Below, piece by piece: positions 1 to 7,957 of a DNA stretch of 44,030 bases. The stretch lies in assembly GCA_038208905.1 (NCBI GenBank), contig JBBQYG010000011.1:1-44030 (forward strand), written 5' to 3'. Position 1 is the first letter of the stretch. Each line of letters begins with the position of its first letter. A program made the translations under genes and the position numbers. The DNA comes from Candidatus Sumerlaeia bacterium. GTDB lineage: Bacteria; Sumerlaeota; Sumerlaeia; SLMS01. The notes under the pieces were generated by a model. The model was not told the DNA's origin. It was given only the letters and a program-made list of their open reading frames with translations, and searched no databases.

Positions 1-2
1 TC

Positions 3-1271
3 CGCATCGAGGAGATGATCAACTATTTCCCCTACTCGTATCCCGAGCCCATCAACGGGGATCCGTTCTCCGCGTCGGTGGAGGTGGCCGGGTGCCCGTG
101 GGAGCTGGAGCACCGACTCGTCCGCATCGGACTGCACGGCAAGAACGTGGACATCTCGGCGCGGCCCGCGAGCAACATGGTCTTCCTCCTGGATGTTTCG
201 GGATCGATGAGTGGTCAGGATCGCCTGCCGTTGGTGAAGCAATCGCTGGCGGAAATGACGGAAACACTCAACGCCAACGACCGGGTCAGCATCGTGGTCT
301 ATGCAGGCGCGGCGGGTCTGGTGCTCCCGCCGACGAGCGGCGCCGACAAGACCGCGATTCTTGGCGCGCTGGATCGTCTCGGCGCGGGTGGCTCCACCGC
401 TGGCGGCGCGGGAATCCAACTGGCCTATGACGTGGCCCAGGCCAATTTCGTCGAGGGCGGAATCAACCGCGTGATTCTCGCGACGGATGGCGACTTCAAC
501 GTGGGCACGACGAGCACGGAGGGAATGGTGAGCCTGATGCAGGAGCGCGCGAAGTCTGGCGTGTTCCTCACAGTCCTCGGTGTCGGGCGCGGCAATATGA
601 ACGACGCGATGATGGAGGAAATCACCAACAAAGGGAACGGCAACTACGCCTATCTGGACTCGATCAAGGAAGGCCGCAAGGTTCTGGTGGAGCAGATGAG
701 CGGCACCACGATGACCATCGCCAAGGACGTGAAGATCCAGGTCGAGTTCAACCCGGCCCGCGTCCAAGCGTATCGCCTGGTGGGATACGAGAACCGGATG
801 CTGGCCCACGCGGATTTCGCCGACGACACGAAGGACGCGGGCGAGATCGGCGCTGGGCACACAGTGACGGCGCTCTATGAGGTGGTGCCCCACGGCATTG
901 AACTGGAACTCCCCACGGGAGGCGAGGAAGTGGCAGAGCGCCCCGACGCGCCGACCTTCGCGGCGGAGGACCTGCTTCTGGTGAATCTGCGCTACAAGCA
1001 GCCCGATGGCGACACCTCCACGCTGATTTCTACGCGCGGGCGCGACACCGGACTAAGCCTAAACGCCGCGAGCGACGACTTCATCTTTGCGGCGTCGGTC
1101 GCCAGCTTCGGCATGGCGCTGAGCGAGTCGCGCTATCGCGGGCTGCTCAACCTGGATCACTTGGCGGAACTGGCGGAGGGAAGCGCCTCCGCCGACCCGA
1201 ACGGGCATCGCAAGGAGTTCGCGGGGCTCGTGAGGCAGGCCAAGGCGCTGATCGCGGGCGCGGGGCAGTAG
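3..1271 (+). CDS. VWA domain-containing protein (YfbK-like, C-terminal DUF3520-like region), 5'-truncated by the window edge
   Basis: Frame is open from position 3 (RIEEMINYF, typical of this family). MIDAS motif DVSGSM, plus ILATDGDFNVG and TIAKDVKIQVEFNP. Confidence 0.9.
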   Translation, partial: RIEEMINYFPYSYPEPINGDPFSASVEVAGCPWELEHRLVRIGLHGKNVDISARPASNMVFLLDVSGSMSGQDRLPLVKQSLAEMTETLNANDRVSIVVYAGAAGLVLPPTSGADKTAILGALDRLGAGGSTAGGAGIQLAYDVAQANFVEGGINRVILATDGDFNVGTTSTEGMVSLMQERAKSGVFLTVLGVGRGNMNDAMMEEITNKGNGNYAYLDSIKEGRKVLVEQMSGTTMTIAKDVKIQVEFNPARVQAYRLVGYENRMLAHADFADDTKDAGEIGAGHTVTALYEVVPHGIELELPTGGEEVAERPDAPTFAAEDLLLVNLRYKQPDGDTSTLISTRGRDTGLSLNAASDDFIFAASVASFGMALSESRYRGLLNLDHLAELAEGSASADPNGHRKEFAGLVRQAKALIAGAGQ

Positions 1272-1299
1272 CTTGGGAGCGGAGGAGGGGAGAGTGAGG

Positions 1300-1524
1300 C
1301 TAGACGGCAACTTCAATCTGGAGGATGAAGCCGGTGGGCGCGCCGGGGACGGCCCAGCCTTCTTCGCGGGCAACCTCGCGCATCGCGTCGATCACTTCGA
1401 TCAGGTTGCCCCTCAACTCGGCGAGGGACTCGCCGGTTGTAAAGCAGCCCGGAATTGCGGGCACACTGGCACCATAGGCAATCTGACCCGGTTCGCCGCA
1501 ATTAACTTCTACGATGTACTTCAT
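1300..1524 (-). CDS. hicB: HicB-family antitoxin (short form, no DNA-binding domain), 74 aa
   Basis: YGASVPAIPGCFTTGESLAEL matches the HicB VPDLPGC.T.G.T..E pattern. Starts 12 nt after the hicA stop, with an AAGGAG RBS on the minus strand. Confidence 0.85.
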   Translation of the reverse strand: MKYIVEVNCGEPGQIAYGASVPAIPGCFTTGESLAELRGNLIEVIDAMREVAREEGWAVPGAPTGFILQIEVAV

Positions 1525-1536
1525 CGATGCTTCTCC

Positions 1537-1719
1537 TTACTTGAGCTTTGCATCTCTCAGGACCTTGTGAAGGGTTCCGGTGGCAATCTCGTGATTGTGA
1601 GCGGGCACTGCGATGGAGTGAGAAAAATCAGGATGCACCATGATGTGTTGCGAACCTGCATTGCGTGACACCCTCCAACCATTCCTGGTCAACAGTTTCA
1701 GGACTTCCTCGTCGGTCAT
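1537..1719 (-). CDS. hicA: HicA-family mRNA interferase toxin, 60 aa
   Basis: MTDEEVLKLLTRNGW...GSQHIMVHP...IAVPAHNHEIATGTLHKVLRDAKL fits the HicA pattern. Start moved from the ORF-track 1803 to the ATG at 1719. Confidence 0.85.
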   Translation of the reverse strand: MTDEEVLKLLTRNGWRVSRNAGSQHIMVHPDFSHSIAVPAHNHEIATGTLHKVLRDAKLK

Positions 1720-1803
1720 CGAACGAGTCTTCGGAGGGCGATCAAGAGCAGTGCAATTTGTGCGAGAGTCGGATTCAGGGTCAATCACTTGAAAGATAGC
1801 CAA

Positions 1804-1900
1804 AGGTAGCGGCGGCGAAAGGCGGGGAGGAGCGTGGCGCGCAATGGTCCGGGGGGTCTGTTGCGAGTTGAAGTCTCCCCGTCCCTCACCGCCGCTACCT
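1804..1900. repeat. 97-bp imperfect inverted repeat (26-bp arms, 45-nt loop)
   Basis: AGGTAGCGGCGGCGAAAGGCGGGGAG (1804-1829) pairs with CTCCCCGTCCCTCACCGCCGCTACCT (1875-1900) at 22 of 26 Watson-Crick positions. Confidence 0.8.
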
Positions 1901-2557
1901 AACCTTTTCGGTCTTCACGGCCATGTCGCTATAGAGCACGTGCTCCATCAGGCCCTCGTCGTTGCCTTCTCCCCACGGAAAACGGTAGTCGGCGGGATAG
2001 TTGGGATACGATGCGCCATAGAAGCCATCGCGCGGGTCGAGGTAGAGGTTCCGCACGATCCACACGGTGCCGCTGTTGACGTTCCCGGCTCCCCCGGCGG
2101 CGCCGCCGCTGGAGAGGGCCGCGCTGTTGTAGGCGTAGCGGAAATTGTGGAAGCGGGGATGGCCTCCGCGGATCGTCTCTCCTCCGTTGTAGAGACGCAG
2201 ATACTTGGGATTGAAGAGTGTGTGCCAGTCGCCGACATAGCGCCGCTCCACCAGCAGCCACGGCACGCCATCCCAAGAGCCCCCGGCGGCGGGACCGTTC
2301 CCGCTGCCGGTGAAGCCGGCTGTGTGCGACATGAATGGACCCGCCTCGCGGTCGGCAGGTGGGAAGCGCCCGAAATCAACATGGTACGATTGGAGCCCGA
2401 TACCGACAGTGCGGAGGTTCGACGCGTCGGAGACCTTCCACGCGCGCTCGCTGGCGAGGCGGAAGTTCGACAGCCCGATGGCTGCCAGAATCGCGATGAC
2501 GGTGACGACGATCAGCAACTCGATGAGCGTGAAGGCGCGACGGCGCAAGTGACGCAC
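1895..2557 (-). CDS. Prepilin-type N-terminal cleavage/methylation domain protein (pseudopilin-like)
   Basis: MRHLRRRA|FTLIELLIVVTVIAILAAI is a class III signal peptide with Glu at +5, followed by the helical SNLRTVGIGLQSYHVDFGRFP segment. GTG start. Confidence 0.9.
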   Translation of the reverse strand: MRHLRRRAFTLIELLIVVTVIAILAAIGLSNFRLASERAWKVSDASNLRTVGIGLQSYHVDFGRFPPADREAGPFMSHTAGFTGSGNGPAAGGSWDGVPWLLVERRYVGDWHTLFNPKYLRLYNGGETIRGGHPRFHNFRYAYNSAALSSGGAAGGAGNVNSGTVWIVRNLYLDPRDGFYGASYPNYPADYRFPWGEGNDEGLMEHVLYSDMAVKTEKVR

Positions 2558-2564
2558 TTTCCGA

Positions 2565-3104
2565 CTACTCCGGCGCGAGAAGAAAGCTCCGCTTCACGAT
2601 GCCGGCATTCTGAGAATAATACTCGATCCATAGCTCCGCACCGACGGGAATCGGACTGGGAACCGAGACATGCGCGTGGTCGCCGCTTGCCGGATCGAAG
2701 TCGCGGATCAGCCCTCGCCCGGAACCAACGCCGTCCGCTGTGCCAATCCACGTCGTGACAAAGCGCGGGGCGTCGCCGGTTCCGATGTGGGAAACCTCGA
2801 AGGTGCCGAGGCCACCAGCGGAAAAACCGCCAACCTGAGTCACATCGAGCTTGAACCCGCCAAACTCGGCCGAGCCGAGGGGGTGACGCGCGCCATCGTG
2901 GGCGTGGAGCGCAGCACGCCCGTCGGGCGTGGCGGGGCCGTGGTGGCGGTGCGAGGCCGACTGGTCGCCGATATCGACGGCGCTCTTCTCTGGGTGGAGG
3001 CTAAAGAAGCTGCCCAGCCAACCGTTGCTGGTTCCGGCGGCGACAGCCGCGCCGACAGTCAGGAGAAGGACTCCGGCGATGACGACTTTTCCGCGCGATT
3101 TCAA
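2565..3104 (-). CDS. Exported His-rich hypothetical protein
   Basis: N-terminal basic plus hydrophobic signal or anchor. His cluster SHRHHG...LHAHDGARH precedes a beta-rich domain. TTG start with GGAG upstream. Ends 7 nt before the pseudopilin start. Confidence 0.7.
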   Translation of the reverse strand: MKSRGKVVIAGVLLLTVGAAVAAGTSNGWLGSFFSLHPEKSAVDIGDQSASHRHHGPATPDGRAALHAHDGARHPLGSAEFGGFKLDVTQVGGFSAGGLGTFEVSHIGTGDAPRFVTTWIGTADGVGSGRGLIRDFDPASGDHAHVSVPSPIPVGAELWIEYYSQNAGIVKRSFLLAPE

Positions 3105-3163
3105 GGGAAGCTCCTCGGTGAGTGCGATGGCTGGAATGCGGCAACTTCCTGACGAGGCTAGTC

Positions 3164-3194
3164 CGCTGGCGCGGCCCCGCGCCAGCGTTTTCTT
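3164..3194 (+). terminator. Perfect 10-bp GC hairpin with a T-tract on the + strand
   Basis: CGCTGGCGCG-GCCC-CGCGCCAGCG-TTTTCTT, 15 nt downstream of the fmt stop. Confidence 0.5.
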
Positions 3195-3202
3195 GCAATG
3201 TA

Positions 3203-4171
3203 TCAGGTACCGAGGCGGGTTCCGATGTCCACTCCCCCGCCGTTGACGAAGTCATCGGCGGTCATTTCGGCGCGGCCCTCGGGCTGGACGCGCGTCACCA
3301 GGACCAGGCCCTTCTCTCCGCCTGCGCGGACGACGAAGCCACGGCCCTTGAACACGTCAACCACGGTGCCTGTCGGCACCGCGTCCTCGAACGCCGCCGT
3401 GGAGACCCAGTCGGGCGAGCAGCCATCGGCGCCAAGTATCTTGAGTTCCTTGCCGTCGTTGTGTGTGTAGGCCTTGGGCCACGGCTGAAATCCGCGGATG
3501 GCGAGGATAATCTTCTCGGCGGAATCGGACCAATCGAGGAGAGCCATGTCGCGCTTGATGAGGGGGGCCTTCGAGGCCTGGGAATGATCCTGCGGGGTGC
3601 TTTCGAGGCGCCCATCGCGCTCCAGCCGATCAAGGATATCCACCATCGACGCGGCTCCCGTCAGCGACAGCATCGCCGCCACGGAGATCGCATCGTCGTC
3701 CTCCAGAATCTCCACCTCGACGATCTCGATGATGGGGCCGGTGTCCATGCCCTCGTCCATCTGCATGATGGTGACGCCGGTCGTGGATTCTCCGTTGATA
3801 AGGGCCCACTGGATCGGCGCCGCGCCGCGATACTTGGGGAGGATCGAGGCATGGACGTTGAGGCATCCGTGGCGCGGCGTGGTGAGAATGCGCTTGGGCA
3901 GAATCTTGCCGTAGGCGACCACCACGGCCACGTCGGCGTTGTATTTGGCGAGTTCGGCGGCGAACTCGTCAGTCCGGACGGACTCTGGCTGGAGCACCGT
4001 CAGGCCGTGGGCGAGGGCTGCATCCTTCACGGCGGGCGGCGTCAACTTACGCCCGCGGCCCGCCGGCTTGTCGGGCTGGGTGACCACCGCTACTACGCGG
4101 TGCGAGGATTCGAGAAGGCGCTCCAACGTGGGGACGGCGAACTGGGGAGTGCCGAAGAAGAGGACGTTCAA
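3203..4171 (-). CDS. fmt: Methionyl-tRNA formyltransferase
   Basis: FFGTPQFAVPTL, VVTQPDKPAGRG, NVHASILPKYRGAAPIQWAL, MDEGMDTGP, IRGFQPWP. Confidence 0.97.
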   Translation of the reverse strand: MNVLFFGTPQFAVPTLERLLESSHRVVAVVTQPDKPAGRGRKLTPPAVKDAALAHGLTVLQPESVRTDEFAAELAKYNADVAVVVAYGKILPKRILTTPRHGCLNVHASILPKYRGAAPIQWALINGESTTGVTIMQMDEGMDTGPIIEIVEVEILEDDDAISVAAMLSLTGAASMVDILDRLERDGRLESTPQDHSQASKAPLIKRDMALLDWSDSAEKIILAIRGFQPWPKAYTHNDGKELKILGADGCSPDWVSTAAFEDAVPTGTVVDVFKGRGFVVRAGGEKGLVLVTRVQPEGRAEMTADDFVNGGGVDIGTRLGT

Positions 4172-4217
4172 TGCGGTAGCCTGTCGGGAAAATGGGGTAA
4201 GGCGGTTCAGGAGCGGC

Positions 4218-4400
4218 TTAGCTCGTCTGCGGGTAATCTTTTGTAAGAATCAAATACCAGGCGTGAATGATTCCGAGCACCGAGAAGGAGACGAGCCATA
4301 GAATCAAATTCAGCCAGAAATGGAAAGTGAAACCTTCCAGCAGGGCGACCGCAAGGGGCGAGACGATGATCGCCAGTAACATCCAGAGGAGCTTCTTCAT
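4218..4400 (-). CDS. YqaE/Pmp3-family small membrane protein, 60 aa
   Basis: MKKLLWMLLAIIVSPLAVAL...FWLNLILWL...GIIHAWYLI matches the Pmp3 pattern. Start moved to the ATG at 4400. Confidence 0.85.
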   Translation of the reverse strand: MKKLLWMLLAIIVSPLAVALLEGFTFHFWLNLILWLVSFSVLGIIHAWYLILTKDYPQTS

Positions 4401-4623
4401 GGGGGTAGTCCAATCCAAGTCGAGAAAAGGATGCGCACGGCATGCTGTTGAAGAACAGCCCACATCTTCGGACCGGGGGCAATCCAACAAAGGCGCGCGG
4501 TTTGGGCCTCCTGGTCGCAAGCCGCAACCCCGCTTGACAGCCCCACCCCCCATGCCGCGACTTTGCGGCGCTTACCGGGGGCGCGTGGCGAGCCCGAAAT
4601 TCCAGCCTCCGCGGGGGATTCCG

Positions 4624-5919
4624 TTGGGCCTGATCGTTCAAAAATACGGCGGCGACGCCCTTGGCGACAAGGGTAAGGGGAAGTCCGGCGGCGACACGAG
4701 CCAGCTCTATGGCGCGCAGTTCATCGCGGAAAAATTCCTTCACGTCGCCCATGTTGTGAAGAAGACCCGCGACCAAGGGAACAACGTGGTCGTGGTGGTG
4801 TCGGCCATGGGCGACGCCACTAACCGCCTGATCGCGATGGCCCAGAGCATTATGAAGAACGCGCCCGCTCGGGAGCTGGACATGCTGATGTCCACCGGCG
4901 AGCAGCAGGCCATCGCCCTGGTGGCGATCGCGCTGGAGTCGCTTGGCATTCCGAGCCGCAGTTTCACTGGCCACCAGGTCGGCATCCTGACAGAGAGCCT
5001 CTTTGGCAAGGCGCGCATCCGCAGCATCCAGACCGAGCGCCTGGAGAGCACCATCGCGGAGGGCATTGTCCCCGTGATCGCGGGATTTCAGGGCGCCACG
5101 GCGGACCAGGAATACACAACGCTGGGCCGGGGCGGGTCGGACATCACGGCGGTCGCGCTGGCTGCGGCGATCCGAGCGGACGTCTGCGAGTTCTACAAGG
5201 ACGTGGACGGCATCTATACGACCGATCCCCGCGTATGCCCGTCGGCCTACAAGATCGACCGCATCAGCTATGACGAGATGCTGGAGCTGGCGTCTCTGGG
5301 CGCCGGAGTGCTCCAGTCCCGCAGCGTGGAGTTCGCCAAGAACTACGGCGTTCCGCTTCACGTGCGCAGTTTCCTTCACGACAATGTGGGAACGTGGGTC
5401 GTTCCCGAGGAGAAAGAAATGGAAGACGTGGTCGTCAGTGGCGTGGCCTTCAATCGCGGCGAGGCCAAGATCACCATCCTGGGCGTACCCGACACGCCGG
5501 GAATCGCGGCCAAGGTGTTCAGCCGCATCGGCGCCAAGGGGATCGTGGTGGACATGATCATCCAGAACACGGCGCAGGAAGGCCACAACGACATCAGCTT
5601 CACCGTTTCGCGGAGCGACTACGACGCCGCGATTGCCGTGGCGCGCGAGGTGGCGAAGGAGCTGAAGGCGCGCGAGATCATCGGCGACAACACCATCGCC
5701 AAGGTCAGCGCCGTGGGAGTGGGAATGCGGTCGCACGCCAGCGTGGCATCGCGGATGTTCGAGGCGCTGGCCGCCAACGACATCAATATCCAGATGATCA
5801 GCACGTCGGAAATCAAGGTCTCCTGCGTGATCTCGGAATCGGACCTCGACGACGCCGTCCGCGCGATTCATCGCGCCTTTGAGGACAAGCGGAGCACGCC
5901 AACGATCGATATGGGCTAA
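4624..5919 (+). CDS. lysC: Aspartate kinase (monofunctional, two ACT domains)
   Basis: TTG start giving MGLIVQKYGG. VVVVSAMG, TTLGRGGSDITAVALA, DVDGIYTTDP, EMLELASLG, MISTSEIKVS. Confidence 0.93.
   Translation: MGLIVQKYGGDALGDKGKGKSGGDTSQLYGAQFIAEKFLHVAHVVKKTRDQGNNVVVVVSAMGDATNRLIAMAQSIMKNAPARELDMLMSTGEQQAIALVAIALESLGIPSRSFTGHQVGILTESLFGKARIRSIQTERLESTIAEGIVPVIAGFQGATADQEYTTLGRGGSDITAVALAAAIRADVCEFYKDVDGIYTTDPRVCPSAYKIDRISYDEMLELASLGAGVLQSRSVEFAKNYGVPLHVRSFLHDNVGTWVVPEEKEMEDVVVSGVAFNRGEAKITILGVPDTPGIAAKVFSRIGAKGIVVDMIIQNTAQEGHNDISFTVSRSDYDAAIAVAREVAKELKAREIIGDNTIAKVSAVGVGMRSHASVASRMFEALAANDINIQMISTSEIKVSCVISESDLDDAVRAIHRAFEDKRSTPTIDMG
5419..5919 (+). CDS. Probable in-frame internal beta subunit of aspartate kinase (ACT domains only, 166 aa)
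   Basis: GAGGAG at 5407-5412 lies 6 nt before an in-frame ATG (MEDVVVSG) at the kinase/ACT boundary, as in alpha2beta2 aspartate kinases. Confidence 0.55.
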   Translation: MEDVVVSGVAFNRGEAKITILGVPDTPGIAAKVFSRIGAKGIVVDMIIQNTAQEGHNDISFTVSRSDYDAAIAVAREVAKELKAREIIGDNTIAKVSAVGVGMRSHASVASRMFEALAANDINIQMISTSEIKVSCVISESDLDDAVRAIHRAFEDKRSTPTIDMG

Positions 5920-5924
5920 GGCCG

Positions 5925-6347
5925 ATGAACGCCAGCCAGGCACAGCACGCGATGGAAAACGCGGAGGAGTGCCGTCGGATGGCGCGCTATCTGGTCGGGC
6001 GCGATCCCGAGCCACAGCTTGTGGAGCGATACCGCCGCGCCGTGGAGCGACTGCTCCCGGCGCCCGCCTCCTCGGATCGCCGAATCCTGGAGTATATACA
6101 ATCGAACCCGTGGAGCCTGGGCCCGCTGGATGCGGCCTGTGGGCTTCTGCGCAAGGACGCCCAGCTCCGCCAGCGGCTCCTGATCGCGACGGCGATTCTG
6201 GAGACGACCCCGAAAGGCGCCGACCGTTTCCTGCCAGAGCGCCGCGCGCCGTGGACGCTGCTGCCAGAGATTGCGTGGCATGGCGCCGTCGCGGCGGCCA
6301 AGGCGGTTGCGGGCGCGGTGATCCTTCTCGCCGTGATTCGCGCATGA
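5925..6347 (+). CDS. Hypothetical protein, 140 aa, hydrophobic C-terminus
   Basis: Starts 5 nt after the lysC stop and overlaps the next gene by ATGA. Helical-looking sequence. Confidence 0.7.
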   Translation: MNASQAQHAMENAEECRRMARYLVGRDPEPQLVERYRRAVERLLPAPASSDRRILEYIQSNPWSLGPLDAACGLLRKDAQLRQRLLIATAILETTPKGADRFLPERRAPWTLLPEIAWHGAVAAAKAVAGAVILLAVIRA

Positions 6348-7957
6348 TCGACGTTGCCGTGGTGGGGTCCGGCGCCAGCGCCGTCCACGCGGCCTACCCG
6401 CTGGTGGAGGCGGGGCTCCGCGTCGCGATGGTGGACGTGGGCGAGGAGGATCGCCGCTATGGCAACCTGATCCCCGCGCGCGGCTTCGAGCAGATCCGCC
6501 GAAGCGATACGAGCCAGCATCGCTACTTCCTTGGCGACGACTTCGAGGGCATTCCCCTCGGCCCCGTCCGCGTGGGGGCCCAGCTCACTCCACCGCGCCA
6601 GCACCTGGCCGCCGCGCTGGGGAAGCTCCCCATCGATTCGCCCGAGTTCCACGCCATGCAATCGCTGGCGCTGGGCGGGCTGGCCGCGGGATGGGGCGCC
6701 GCGACGCCGCCCTATACCGACGAGGATCTGGCCGGGTGGCCGATCACGCGCCATGACTTGCAGCCCCACTACGACGCCGTGGCGCGGCGCGTGGGAATCT
6801 GTGGCACCGACGAGGATGATCTGGACAGCTACTATGGCGCGTCTCCGTTTCTGCTTCCGCCCGCGCGTATAGACAGCAACGCCGTTCGCATTCGGAGCGC
6901 CTATGCGCGGCGCCGCGAATGGTTCAACGATCGCGGCCTGCATCTGGGCCATCCGCGCCTTGCGATGGCGACGCGCCGGTTTCGCGGTCGCGGGCCGACG
7001 CGCTATCTGGACATGGAATTCTGGAGCGATGCCGACGGCGGTGTTTATCGCCCGCGCTATACGCTGGAGGAGCTGCGGCGGCACAGCAACTTCGAGTATC
7101 TTTCCCCGATGCAGGTCGATTCGTTTGCGCGTCTGACAAATGGCGGCGTCCGGGTGCTGGGGCGCGACCTGGCGGCGCAGGTGGGCATCGATTTCGAGTG
7201 CCGCCGACTTGTCCTGGCCGCGGGCGCCATCGGCACGGCGCGCATTGCGCTGCGCTCTCTGGGGGCCGTGGGCGCGCCTGTGCCGCTCCTCAGCAACCCC
7301 TACACCTACTACCCGTGCCTCGTGATAAAGTCGTTGTTTGGCCCCACGCGCGACCGGCGGCACAGCCTGACGCAAGTGATGATGTACCACCGACCGGCCG
7401 ACGAGAAGGCGGCGCTGTTGCAGGCGCAGGTGTATTCCTACCGCTCGCTGCTGACGTTCAAGCTCGTGAAGGAATCCCCGCTCCCGGTGCGCGAATCGAT
7501 CCGCGTGATGCGGCTGCTCCAGTCGGCCTTTGTGATTGTGGGTGTGCATCATCGCGACGATCCGGCGGAGTGGAAGTCCCTCAAACTGCAAGATGCGGAG
7601 ACGGGACGCTTGTCAGTGAAGTATCGCCCGACGGAGAGCGAAGTCACGCTGCGCCTGAGCCGCGAGCGCGAACTGATGCGCCTCTTCCCGCGCCTGGGCT
7701 GCATCCCCCTGAAGCGCATCGATCCCGGCGAGGGTTCCAGCATCCACTATGCGGGAACGCTCCCGATGAGCGAAAACTCCGCGCCGCTGACGACGCGCCC
7801 AGACGGAAGCCTGCGCGGTGCCGACGATGTGTTTGTGGTGGATGGCTCCGTGTTCCCGACGCTCCCGGCCAAAGGGCTCACCTACACATGCATGGCCAAC
7901 GCAAACCGCGTGGGCGAAGGGATCGCGGAGTGGTTTGAGAGGCGGGGAGCGATCTAG
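6344..7957 (+). CDS. GMC-family FAD-dependent oxidoreductase
   Basis: MIDVAVVGSGASA Rossmann motif, GGLAAGWG, LVLAAGAIGT, SIHYAGT, VFVVDGSVFP...MANANRV. Start moved to 6344. Confidence 0.88.
   Translation: MIDVAVVGSGASAVHAAYPLVEAGLRVAMVDVGEEDRRYGNLIPARGFEQIRRSDTSQHRYFLGDDFEGIPLGPVRVGAQLTPPRQHLAAALGKLPIDSPEFHAMQSLALGGLAAGWGAATPPYTDEDLAGWPITRHDLQPHYDAVARRVGICGTDEDDLDSYYGASPFLLPPARIDSNAVRIRSAYARRREWFNDRGLHLGHPRLAMATRRFRGRGPTRYLDMEFWSDADGGVYRPRYTLEELRRHSNFEYLSPMQVDSFARLTNGGVRVLGRDLAAQVGIDFECRRLVLAAGAIGTARIALRSLGAVGAPVPLLSNPYTYYPCLVIKSLFGPTRDRRHSLTQVMMYHRPADEKAALLQAQVYSYRSLLTFKLVKESPLPVRESIRVMRLLQSAFVIVGVHHRDDPAEWKSLKLQDAETGRLSVKYRPTESEVTLRLSRERELMRLFPRLGCIPLKRIDPGEGSSIHYAGTLPMSENSAPLTTRPDGSLRGADDVFVVDGSVFPTLPAKGLTYTCMANANRVGEGIAEWFERRGAI

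Noticed and set aside
3-1271. Functional pairing of the VWA protein with the MoxR ATPase
   Set aside because: They are 34 kb apart with no operon link, so there is no positional evidence.
1276-1300. G-rich stretch loosely like the 1804-1900 arms, which would bracket hicAB as a mobile unit
   Set aside because: Only about 15 of 25 positions match in purine-rich low-complexity sequence.
4401-4623. Possible lysine riboswitch upstream of lysC (also checked upstream of lysA)
   Set aside because: No recognisable L-box conserved elements or expression platform by eye. An Rfam scan would be decisive.
4207-6345. 712-aa minus-strand ORF, and similar long antisense ORFs (15063-16754, 30177-32066, 5987-7591, 26941-28341)
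   Set aside because: Shadow ORFs opposite well-supported genes. These are expected in high-GC DNA and show no recognisable motifs.
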